This document shows, one piece after another, positions 53,372-61,423 of a stretch of DNA of 64,000 nt. The notes under the pieces are model-generated. The model did no database searches. It was not told the origin of the DNA and saw only the letters and a list, made by a program, of their open reading frames with translations. The stretch lies in the NCBI GenBank assembly GCA_041690105.1, contig JAWLHX010000005.1, positions 1,551 to 65,550 of the forward strand, written 5' to 3'. How positions within the stretch are numbered: position 1 is the stretch's first letter; every line of letters starts with the position of its first letter. The position numbers and the translations under genes are program-made. This stretch comes from Phycisphaerae bacterium (GTDB lineage: Bacteria > Planctomycetota > Phycisphaerae > FEN-1346 > JAACEH01).

Positions 53372-54430
53372 CTAGATGATTTCCAAGTAATCCTTGTCCG
53401 GCAGCTTCGGGAAGGGCTGCGTCGGAAGCGTCTGATACCAGTAGGCGACCGATGCAATGTCGTCCTGCAGGGGCAGATATCGCCGTCCGCTGCGCCAGCC
53501 AAGGGCCTGAATCGTAACGCGAAGATCCTTCTGGAAGCGTACCGGATCGGTCAGGTGCCAGCGATAGAGCCCGAAGCGCGTCTGCGAGTTGTAGACGCCA
53601 TCGGGCCGAATAACCTGTGGCATTCCGGCGTAGGGCGTGCTGAATTCCTGGTACTGCTTCGTCTCCTTGTTCTCGAAATTATAGGAGCCGCAGAAGTAGT
53701 CTTCCGTCCCCGTCCCGCAGATTGTCGGGAACTCGCGGTCGCCGTCCATGTAGAACTTGATCTCGCCTTCGCCCCACCAGCCGGAATTATTGACCCCCCA
53801 GGCCATATAGGTGCCCACGTACCTGCCCTGCCCCTGCAGGCCGTCGAGAATGGTGTAGACCTCCTTGTACGGCAACGGGTTTACGCGGCGGAACTGGGCA
53901 TGGAAGTAGCCCGCCTGCTCCTGGACCGGCCCCAGGCTGTAATTAATCTGATAGTAGAGGATCATGTCTTCCGCGGCGATATTCTCCAGCGTCACGCGGC
54001 ACCTTTTGCGGAAAGGCATGGGCCAGTAGCAGTTGAAGGCGCTGCCGGGATTCACGCAGACGGCCAGCGACGAGAGCGGGGCGAACTTGCCCCAGCCGCA
54101 GGCGAAGAAGTCGCCCACCGGACACTCCACCGACGGCTGCTCCTGGTCGTCCCAGTAGATTCGCAGAATCGAAAAGCGCCAGTTGCCCGTCGGCGTCATC
54201 CATATCTGCTCCACCTGCCCCGGCCCGCTCACGTCGGCCAGGGTAAAGGTGGACCCCGCAGCAACCTTTACACTGGGAGAAACCTTCCAGCCCAGCCCCA
54301 GGTCGCGGGCGCACTCGGCCCCCGTGCCCTCGGTCGCCGCCCCGCCGCGGCCCTTTTCGCCGCTGAAATTCTCCGGGCTGACAGATCGCGATTGGCGGCT
54401 ATCGAGAATGCTCAGGTCGTTCAGGTTCAT
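53372..54430 (-). CDS. DUF2961 / glycoside hydrolase family 172-like protein
   Basis: SRSVSPENFSGEKGRGG, GWKVSP, LRIYWDD, CPVGDFF, NCYWPMPF, WWGEGEIKFYMDGD, GTGTEDYF, YRWHLTDPVRF. Confidence 0.9.
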   Translation of the reverse strand: MNLNDLSILDSRQSRSVSPENFSGEKGRGGAATEGTGAECARDLGLGWKVSPSVKVAAGSTFTLADVSGPGQVEQIWMTPTGNWRFSILRIYWDDQEQPSVECPVGDFFACGWGKFAPLSSLAVCVNPGSAFNCYWPMPFRKRCRVTLENIAAEDMILYYQINYSLGPVQEQAGYFHAQFRRVNPLPYKEVYTILDGLQGQGRYVGTYMAWGVNNSGWWGEGEIKFYMDGDREFPTICGTGTEDYFCGSYNFENKETKQYQEFSTPYAGMPQVIRPDGVYNSQTRFGLYRWHLTDPVRFQKDLRVTIQALGWRSGRRYLPLQDDIASVAYWYQTLPTQPFPKLPDKDYLEII

Positions 54431-54543
54431 TGTGCTTGGTTCCCATTATTCAATTATTCATTTCCTCGTTCACGGCAGCATTGTTGTCGTGAAGCAATCG
54501 GGCAGAGGCCTGCCACTGAAGTAGCGACCAGACGCAGGGCTCC

Positions 54544-54571
54544 AGTGTACCGCCGGCCACAGGGCTGTCAA
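54544..54571 (-). promoter_or_regulatory. Putative sigma70 promoter of the GH172-like gene
   Basis: Minus strand TTGACA, 16 bp spacer, TACACT. Confidence 0.5.
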
Positions 54572-54677
54572 TTCCCCGCAGTATATATAATGAACAGACG
54601 CGATGCGTGCGATGCCAACGACGTGCTGGGGCTAAAGCGTGCGGCCGGCCTGAGTCAAATTGTCGTGGCAAGCACGC

Positions 54678-54706
54678 TTGACGTCGACTGAATCGGCCGA
54701 TACATT
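54678..54706 (+). promoter_or_regulatory. Putative sigma70 promoter of tRNA-Ser
   Basis: TTGACG, 17 bp spacer, TACATT. Confidence 0.55.
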
Positions 54707-54810
54707 AGGTCGCTACCATCAGGCGGATACGCGGCGACCCACGCGCCAGAACGGGCGGGCCGAGATTTTTACTGCCGAATTCGCGAATTTGTACCATGTC
54801 TGACTCAGGC

Positions 54811-54898
54811 GGAGGGGTGGCCGAGTGGTCTAAGGCGGCGGTCTTGAAAACCGCTGTGCGGTTATACCGCACCGGGGGTTCGAATCCCTTCCCCTCCG
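54811..54898 (+). tRNA. tRNA-Ser (anticodon TGA)
   Basis: Acceptor GGAGGGG/CCCCTCC, anticodon arm GCGGT-CTTGAAA-ACCGC, long variable arm GTGCGG-TTATA-CCGCAC, T loop GGTTCGAATCC. CCA not encoded. Confidence 0.97.
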
Positions 54899-55007
54899 CT
54901 CTTTTTTCTGCCTTCGCACGCCCGTTGCCGGATAGGCGACAGATTGTCTCAAGTCCACCTAATAACCAGAACGCGCGGAGGCATGGGGGCGGGTCTGTTG
55001 GGGGGTC

Positions 55008-55739
55008 TTAGATGCCGGGGATGATTGAGACTCCATAGATGTTCTTCAGGATGTAATAAATGCCGGCCAGGAGGAAGACAATTCCGGTAGTGCGACGGAA
55101 CCACATTTCCACCTTGGCCAGGCTGTTGAACGATTTGCCGAGATACTGCCCTCCAAAGGCGATGACAAATGCGAAGCCGATGACGGGCACGGCGGTGCCG
55201 ATGCCGTAGATGATGGGCGGCAGGATAAGAGAACCATGCTTTAGTGAGATACCCAGGGCGCTGAGGAACATGGCGATGGACGGCGGGCAGAAGGCCAGGG
55301 CAAAAAGGCTGCCCAGCGGGAGGGCCCAGATGGCGCCGCCGCGGGCGATGCGATCCTGAAGCCGGGTGCCGCCGACGCTGAGCGATAGATTGATTTCCAG
55401 CAGATTCAGCAGAACGAGACCCACCAGCAGCAGCGCCGGCCCCAGAACCAGTTTGCCGTATCGCTGAAAGGCCCTTGACATGGGGCTGGCGAATTGGTCG
55501 AGGGCATCCTGTTCTCCGGCCATCGCCCTAAAGGCCCAGAGAAGGGCCACGCCCAGCACGACATAGACCAGTGTGCGGCCCAGGGTGTAGAGCAGCGCCG
55601 CCAGCATCACGCGGCGCGTGTCGCCAACATTGCGGCTGAGGAACGAGATGGCGGCGATGTTGGTGGTGAGCGGACAGGGGCTGATGGCCGTGCCCAGCCC
55701 CAGCAGAAAGACGAATCCCATGGCGGCCAGCAGGGTCAT
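55008..55739 (-). CDS. CcdA/DsbD-like membrane protein (ArsG-type)
   Basis: TAISPCPLTTNIAAIS and LFALAFCPPS paired Cys motifs within multiple TM helices. Confidence 0.85.
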   Translation of the reverse strand: MTLLAAMGFVFLLGLGTAISPCPLTTNIAAISFLSRNVGDTRRVMLAALLYTLGRTLVYVVLGVALLWAFRAMAGEQDALDQFASPMSRAFQRYGKLVLGPALLLVGLVLLNLLEINLSLSVGGTRLQDRIARGGAIWALPLGSLFALAFCPPSIAMFLSALGISLKHGSLILPPIIYGIGTAVPVIGFAFVIAFGGQYLGKSFNSLAKVEMWFRRTTGIVFLLAGIYYILKNIYGVSIIPGI

Positions 55740-56344
55740 TCGTTGCTGCCCTCCAGCGTTGAACGGATGCCCTGGCGGATGTAGCCGGGCAGATCGGCGG
55801 GGGCCTGCGCAGCCAGCTCCATGACTCTGTCCAACCGCACGCGCTGGACTTCCTGACCGTTAAGGAAGCGGACCACGATGACCGTATTGGTGCCCACCTT
55901 GTACTTGTCGGCCAGGGGCTCGTTCTGCTTCTCCAGGTAGTTGAGCGAGGCGTAGATCATGCGACCGGACTTCACTTGGTCGGCAAACTCGTCGCGGACA
56001 ATTGCCGCCGCGGTGCTGTCGATTCTGGTGCAGGTAACGCATGGAATGCCATGCATGTAGTAGACGATGATCTTCTCTTCAGAGGGGATTGCGGCAGGCA
56101 GTGTGGCTGCAGAATCGGCAGAATTATCGGCAACCTGGTCCGGATCAGATGTTGCGGTAGCAGCGTCCTGTTCCTGTGGCTGCTCGACTGCCTTGCTGTT
56201 CTGGCCCGAGCCATCTGCCGATCTGCGCAGCAAATCCTGTTCAACATCTGTGACCACAGGTGCCGTCTCGCGGCCAATTGCGAAACCAACGCTGACCAGC
56301 ATAAAGGCCAGCAGCAGGTATCCTATAACCTTCTTTGCCTTCAT
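55736..56344 (-). CDS. Exported thioredoxin-like CxxC protein (ArsF-type), copy 2
   Basis: N-terminal anchor; IIVYYMHGIPCVTC..ID; ATGA overlap with the CcdA-like gene. Confidence 0.8.
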   Translation of the reverse strand: MKAKKVIGYLLLAFMLVSVGFAIGRETAPVVTDVEQDLLRRSADGSGQNSKAVEQPQEQDAATATSDPDQVADNSADSAATLPAAIPSEEKIIVYYMHGIPCVTCTRIDSTAAAIVRDEFADQVKSGRMIYASLNYLEKQNEPLADKYKVGTNTVIVVRFLNGQEVQRVRLDRVMELAAQAPADLPGYIRQGIRSTLEGSNE

Positions 56345-56378
56345 GGCATCCTCCGTAGTCCGGGCCCGCTGCGGTGGG

Positions 56379-56876
56379 TTATTCGCCTCGGCCTCTGAGA
56401 CGATCCAGGCGCAGTGCAGTCAGCTCCTTGCGGATGGCCCCGGCAACATACTCCTGGAACAAAGCAGGCTGCCCGTAGAGCGACCACGTTCCCTCCAGCA
56501 CCTGGTGCGATACTTCCCGCTCATCGCGATACGAGACCAGCACCAGCGAGCTGGTGTTCAGGCCGTAGCGCTCGGCCATGTCTTCGTGCAACTGATAGTT
56601 CAGGGTCTGCCATTGGATAGTTCCGGCAGACATTTCCTCGGCGAAAGTGTTTTCAACCAATTCGCGCGACATCTGTTCGATCTTCAGGCACGTTGGACAG
56701 CGGAATTCCCGGTGCATGTAGTAGACCACGACCCCGTCCTGCAAAGGGCTGTCCTGCTCCGATGCCGACACGTCTCCGGCGGCCGAGGTCTGTTCCGGAT
56801 CGACTTGCGTAGACTGGCATCCGAACAGCGCAATGCCGGCCAGACTTGCCACTAATGCTATCGCGAATAAGCGCAT
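56379..56876 (-). CDS. Lipoprotein thioredoxin-like CxxC protein (ArsF-type), copy 1
   Basis: LFGC lipobox; VVVYYMHREFRCPTCLKIE. Confidence 0.85.
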   Translation of the reverse strand: MRLFAIALVASLAGIALFGCQSTQVDPEQTSAAGDVSASEQDSPLQDGVVVYYMHREFRCPTCLKIEQMSRELVENTFAEEMSAGTIQWQTLNYQLHEDMAERYGLNTSSLVLVSYRDEREVSHQVLEGTWSLYGQPALFQEYVAGAIRKELTALRLDRLRGRGE

Positions 56877-56903
56877 ATCAGCTCTCCCTGATGACGGCGT
56901 CGG

Positions 56904-58178
56904 TTACTTTGGGGCACACTGGCCCAGCTTGCAGGCCTTGGCAATTTGTGCAGGCGACATCCTCATTTTATCGGCAATGGCCTGATCGATGGTGATCATG
57001 TGGCCGACTTCGGTCGGGTTCTGATCGGCCCACGTCTTAAGATTATCGAGGCTGGTAAAGAAGCCCTGGTGGAAGCAGCCGGCCGATACGTACTTGCCGT
57101 CGGCGGTCTTCTTCTTGCCATACCAGGCGACAGCCGTGGCCGGCTCCAGCGATTTCACGTATCCGTCCATGGTCTTGACGACGACCATCTCGCCTGTCAG
57201 CCGGTCGGGCTGATGGACTTCAATGTCCTTGCCCGTACGCGAAGCCACGCCCAGGGCACAATGCGAGCAGCAGCCCCAACTGTAAACACCGTCGATCTTG
57301 ACCAGGGCCGCATCTTCCGGGTAGACGGAACGGTCGCAGAAGCCGCAACGGGTGGCAAGCTCCTTGCGCTTGAGCATCTCGTAGCCGACCAGATTGCCGC
57401 CAGTGGCCTTGCGTTCGGCCTCCGCGGCGTCGCGGCTGGCGAAGGCTTTGATTGTCGGGCGACCACTTTCGGCCAGGCCATACAAGTATACGGCGTCGAC
57501 CATCGGAGTCATCCTGCCCGTGGCCCAATCGGCCACCGAGGCACGGGCGTCGAAGCCGGTCTTATCCTCGGTGAGGCAGGAATACATGATGAAATAGCAG
57601 TGCGGGTCGCAGACGCGGACGTCGCCCTTGTCGCTCTTGACGACGACGGTCGTCTTGGGATTCACGTCGCCATCGCAGAAGTAGCAGATTTCGTCCTTGG
57701 CCCGCTCATCGGGTTTGGCGTCCAGGCGGCTATAGGCCGGCTTGAGGGCTTCCTCGGCGAAAGCATAGCCCAAGTCGCGGAACTTCTCGAGCATGGCATG
57801 GCGAGAGATGAAGCCCTCGTGACGCCAGAGTTCCTTGCCATCGGCATCCAGGAAGACCTGCGTCGGAATCATCTTCACGCTGTATTGGCGGGCAAGAGCG
57901 GCATTCTCGCGCTTACCGACATCGACGAACTCGACGGTCAGCTTGCCGGTGAACTCTTCCTTCATCTTCTCCAGAGCTGGCCACATGAGCTTGCAGGGAA
58001 CGCATTCGGTGGAACCAAGGTCAATCAGCTTTGGCACACCCGTGCGCACCACGGCCGGGGCGGAGGCGGGCGGCGGATCGGCCGCGGCGCCGGGCATTGC
58101 CAGCAGACTAAGGCATGCCATTGCCGTCAGCGCCACAAATGCAAAGAGACTTACGCCTTTCATCGCTGCCCTGTTCAT
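56904..58178 (-). CDS. Exported thioredoxin + NosL-like + MerB-like multidomain protein
   Basis: Signal peptide; DLGSTECVPC and IPTQVF (Trx); CYFC...VCDPHC...VADWATG..AF; CGFC...WGCCSHC...DRLTG...CFHQGFFTS. Confidence 0.75.
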   Translation of the reverse strand: MNRAAMKGVSLFAFVALTAMACLSLLAMPGAAADPPPASAPAVVRTGVPKLIDLGSTECVPCKLMWPALEKMKEEFTGKLTVEFVDVGKRENAALARQYSVKMIPTQVFLDADGKELWRHEGFISRHAMLEKFRDLGYAFAEEALKPAYSRLDAKPDERAKDEICYFCDGDVNPKTTVVVKSDKGDVRVCDPHCYFIMYSCLTEDKTGFDARASVADWATGRMTPMVDAVYLYGLAESGRPTIKAFASRDAAEAERKATGGNLVGYEMLKRKELATRCGFCDRSVYPEDAALVKIDGVYSWGCCSHCALGVASRTGKDIEVHQPDRLTGEMVVVKTMDGYVKSLEPATAVAWYGKKKTADGKYVSAGCFHQGFFTSLDNLKTWADQNPTEVGHMITIDQAIADKMRMSPAQIAKACKLGQCAPK

Positions 58179-58295
58179 GCTCGTGCTCCTTGAGGTTCAG
58201 TTTGTCTTGACGTACCAAATTGAAAACGCCGGACTACTGCTCTCCTGTGGCCCTGGCGATGTTGCCAGGCACAAACCACCTTTGCCACAAGCGGT

Positions 58296-58529
58296 TTACT
58301 GAAGCATAGGCTTGATAGCCTCGGCGTCAGGCACCTTGCCTACGACCTTGATCTGGCCGTCCACGGCCAGGGCCGGCGTCATCATTACGCCGAACTTCAT
58401 AATCTCGTTAATGTCCGTGACCTTCTCCAACTCGTACTCGATGCCCAGCGCCTTGGCGGCGGCTTCGGTGTTCTCGGCCAGCTTTTTGCACTTGGGGCAC
58501 CCGGTGCCCAGAATCTGCAGCTTCTTCAT
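58296..58529 (-). CDS. Small redox-active disulfide protein (thioredoxin family)
   Basis: MKKLQILGTGCPKC, GVMMTPALAVDG, 77 aa. Confidence 0.92.
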   Translation of the reverse strand: MKKLQILGTGCPKCKKLAENTEAAAKALGIEYELEKVTDINEIMKFGVMMTPALAVDGQIKVVGKVPDAEAIKPMLQ

Positions 58530-58557
58530 GAGCGTTGTCCTTTCAAACTTTTGCACG

Positions 58558-58983
58558 CTAAACGGTCTGTTCCATCAGCTTCTCGCGGGCGACGGTCGCG
58601 ACCTGCTCGACCTGTTCGGCTGTGCAGCGGACGCCCTTGACCTTCTCGATGCCCAGGTCAGTTACCTTAATCTGCGTGTAATTGGTGATGCCGTGGCGGT
58701 CGAAGGCCTTCTTTGCGCAGTCCATCGGGCAGCCGTCAATCACCAGATTCACGTCGGCATCGCGGGCGGTCTGGATCATGCCCTGAATGTCGCCGCCCAG
58801 GCCCGCCAGGCAGAACATCGTGCCCTTGCCCTCAAACATCAATTCGCGGGCGGCCCGGTCCGAAATCTCGCCCACGTTGGCCCCGCCGGAGCAGGCATAC
58901 AACAGCACGATCTTCTTTGCCTCGCTCCCGCAGTCGCAGGACTTGCTACTGGTTGTTTTCGGTGTTCCGCAGCATTCGCTCAT
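58558..58983 (-). CDS. DGC-domain putative zinc-binding protein
   Basis: YACSGGANVG, FCLAGLG, IDGCPMDCAKK; extra N-terminal CC/CDC. Confidence 0.88.
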   Translation of the reverse strand: MSECCGTPKTTSSKSCDCGSEAKKIVLLYACSGGANVGEISDRAARELMFEGKGTMFCLAGLGGDIQGMIQTARDADVNLVIDGCPMDCAKKAFDRHGITNYTQIKVTDLGIEKVKGVRCTAEQVEQVATVAREKLMEQTV

Positions 58984-59117
58984 TTGATTCTCCATCAGTT
59001 GGGCGAGATTCTTTTCGGATGGCGCTGCCGGCGCCCGTCCGGACAGCGCTATTGTCACCATACACACCTCGGGTAATATTCACTTTGCGCGGTAATAAGG
59101 CCAAGTCTCCTTTGCCG

Positions 59118-60731
59118 CTAGAAGAACGACCCATAAACTATCCCGCTGATGGTAGCCATGACGACCACCAGCGAACAGAAGACCACGGTCTTCTGCGTGC
59201 CCATGATGCTGCGGATTACCAGCATATTCGGCAGCGACAGCGCCGGGCCGGCCAGCAGCAGGGCCAGCGCCGGCCCCTTGCCCATGCCGGAGCCTATCAG
59301 GCCCTGCAAAATAGGCACCTCCGTCAGCGTGGCAAAATACATGAAGGCCCCGAAGACGCTGGCAAAGAGGTTGGTCCAGAGCGGCCAGACGGCCACCGCC
59401 AGACTCTCAAACGTGCCGCCGCCCCAGCCGGTCATGTCGAGCATCATTCGCGGACTGTCGCCAACCAGCATCTCAACGTATTTCTGCGGAATGAAGCCCT
59501 GGCTGCCCGGCCGGCCAAGCAGGAATCCCGCCACCAGCACGCCGAAGAACAAGAGCGGCAGTATCTGCTTGGCGAAAGTCCAGGTTGACGAGAACCATTC
59601 CTCGCCCTCGCCCTTGCTTCTGGCCAGGATGATCGACAGGCCGACAATGGCCGCCGAGAATGGCACCAGCACCCACAGATCGTGCATCGGCAGCACAATT
59701 GCCAGCAGCACCGGCGGCACGGCCACCAGCAGCACCTTCCAAGCTGGGATGCTGAACCAGAAGATAATGATGAGGCCGAAGATGGCGGCAAACAGGGCCG
59801 TCACCAGCCACTTGTTGCTCCACAGCGAAGCCCAGACGCCAGGGGTCGGGTCTCGCAACTGCTTGAATTTATTGGCCGCAATTTCAAAATCCTCCGAGCC
59901 GTCATCCGGCGCGCCCTCTGGACGCACGGTATAGGTGGCATCCGTTGCATCGGCATCAAATGGCGCTTTAACCACCTCGACACGCAGCGCGTTGTTGGCC
60001 TTGGCCGCTTCCTGCACCCGGCTTGATGCCGCATCAAGGTTTATTGTGGCATTACCGTCCGGCTGTTGCAGTGGCATATCCCAGGTGTTGGGCGAGCCCC
60101 AGTTGGCAAAAACCAGAATGGCCACCATGACGAAGAAAAAGGCAGCATTGTGCACCAGCGGGCGACTCACTTCAGGCTCGGGAGCGGCCATTTGTCCCTG
60201 GGCCCGGGCGGCCTCCTCCTTGCGGTAGACCAGGTGCATGATGACGCCGATGACAATCGAGAAGACCACCGCCCCGATGGCCCGGGCGATGCCAAGCTCA
60301 AAGCCGAGGATGCGGGCAGTTAGGATAATGGCCAGCACGTTAATGGCCGGCCCGCTGTAGAGAAATGCGCTGGCCGGCCCCAGACCCGCGCCCATCCGCC
60401 AGATGCCTGCAAAAAGCGGCAACACCGTGCACGAGCAGACCGCCAGCACCGACCCCGAGACGCTTGCCACGCCATAGGCCAGCACCTTGTTGGCCTTGGC
60501 CCCCAGATACTTCATGACCGAGGCCTGGCTGACAAAGACGCCGATGGCCCCGGCAATGAAGAATGCCGGCACCAGGCACAAGAGGACGTGTTCGCGGGCG
60601 TACCACTTGGCCAGGTGCAGCGACTCCGTGATGCCGTCCGTGAAACGTCCCCAGCCCACCGGCAGCCAGAAGAAAAGGAGAAAGATGGCTACGATCCAGA
60701 TGAGCTTTTTGCTTTCCTGCTTCCAGTCCAC
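59118..60731 (-). CDS. DUF318 (ArsP-like) permease
   Basis: EHVLLCLVPAFFIAGAI, VLAVCSCTVLPLF, FLYSGPAIN, FMYFATLTEVPI, LLLAGPALSLP. GTG start with GGGAG RBS. Confidence 0.92.
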   Translation of the reverse strand: MDWKQESKKLIWIVAIFLLFFWLPVGWGRFTDGITESLHLAKWYAREHVLLCLVPAFFIAGAIGVFVSQASVMKYLGAKANKVLAYGVASVSGSVLAVCSCTVLPLFAGIWRMGAGLGPASAFLYSGPAINVLAIILTARILGFELGIARAIGAVVFSIVIGVIMHLVYRKEEAARAQGQMAAPEPEVSRPLVHNAAFFFVMVAILVFANWGSPNTWDMPLQQPDGNATINLDAASSRVQEAAKANNALRVEVVKAPFDADATDATYTVRPEGAPDDGSEDFEIAANKFKQLRDPTPGVWASLWSNKWLVTALFAAIFGLIIIFWFSIPAWKVLLVAVPPVLLAIVLPMHDLWVLVPFSAAIVGLSIILARSKGEGEEWFSSTWTFAKQILPLLFFGVLVAGFLLGRPGSQGFIPQKYVEMLVGDSPRMMLDMTGWGGGTFESLAVAVWPLWTNLFASVFGAFMYFATLTEVPILQGLIGSGMGKGPALALLLAGPALSLPNMLVIRSIMGTQKTVVFCSLVVVMATISGIVYGSFF

Positions 60732-60826
60732 GTCATGCTCCCTGCTCTTCGGTCCAAATCGCCGGCTGTGGCAGCCACCCAAAAACGATACCAGCTGATT
60801 GAGTTCTCCCAGATACCTGCAAACAA

Positions 60827-61153
60827 TCAGCGCTTGCCCAGCACCACGGCCTCGCTTTCGAGCCTTTCTTTAAGCACCTGCGTCACACAATCAATAAACT
60901 TCATGATGCACGGCGTCCGAAGGCGGTACATGGCCCGCAGGCCGTCTTTGCGGAACTCGAGCACTCCGGATTTCAGCATCAGGTTAAGGTGCCGCGAGAC
61001 GTTACTGCGCTGGGCCACGATATGCTTGGCAATATCACAGACGCACTGCTCGCCGTCCTTCAGATAGTCGAGAATAGCCAGACGGATTGGATGCGCTGCC
61101 GCCTGGATGACTTCCGCCTGCAGATGATAAAGTCGCTGAAGTTCGTTGCTCAT
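60827..61153 (-). CDS. ArsR/SmtB family transcriptional repressor
   Basis: AHPIRLAIL, EQCVCDI, SNVSRHL HTH. Confidence 0.93.
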   Translation of the reverse strand: MSNELQRLYHLQAEVIQAAAHPIRLAILDYLKDGEQCVCDIAKHIVAQRSNVSRHLNLMLKSGVLEFRKDGLRAMYRLRTPCIMKFIDCVTQVLKERLESEAVVLGKR

Positions 61154-61184
61154 CGCCCTGCCCCATTGGTGAGTAATCAATCAC

Positions 61185-61212
61185 ATAATATCGTAGTCTC
61201 GGGCGTCGTCAA
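61185..61212 (-). promoter_or_regulatory. Putative promoter of the ArsR-family operon
   Basis: Minus strand TTGACG, 16 bp spacer, TATTAT; followed by GTGATTGAT, a possible operator half-site. Confidence 0.45.
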
Positions 61213-61423
61213 GAGGAATTCCCCTGGCATTTGGTCGGCCTGCTATCGCTACAGCGCTACTCTGGAAATTCATGGAACAGGCAGTTATAGTGGAGGCCCA
61301 TTGCTATGCAGGTTCGTTCGCTTTTTTGAGGAGGCCGGCCATGGCCAAGGACGATCTGGGCTTTGAGCGAACGCCGGCGATGTCCGCGCGGCGCAGAACG
61401 ACCATCACCCTGAGAGACGGAAC

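Noticed and set aside
55008-61153. Canonical ars or mer operon
   Set aside because: No arsC, arsB/acr3, arsA/D, arsM, merA, merT or merP. Gene symbols were withheld because substrate is unproven.
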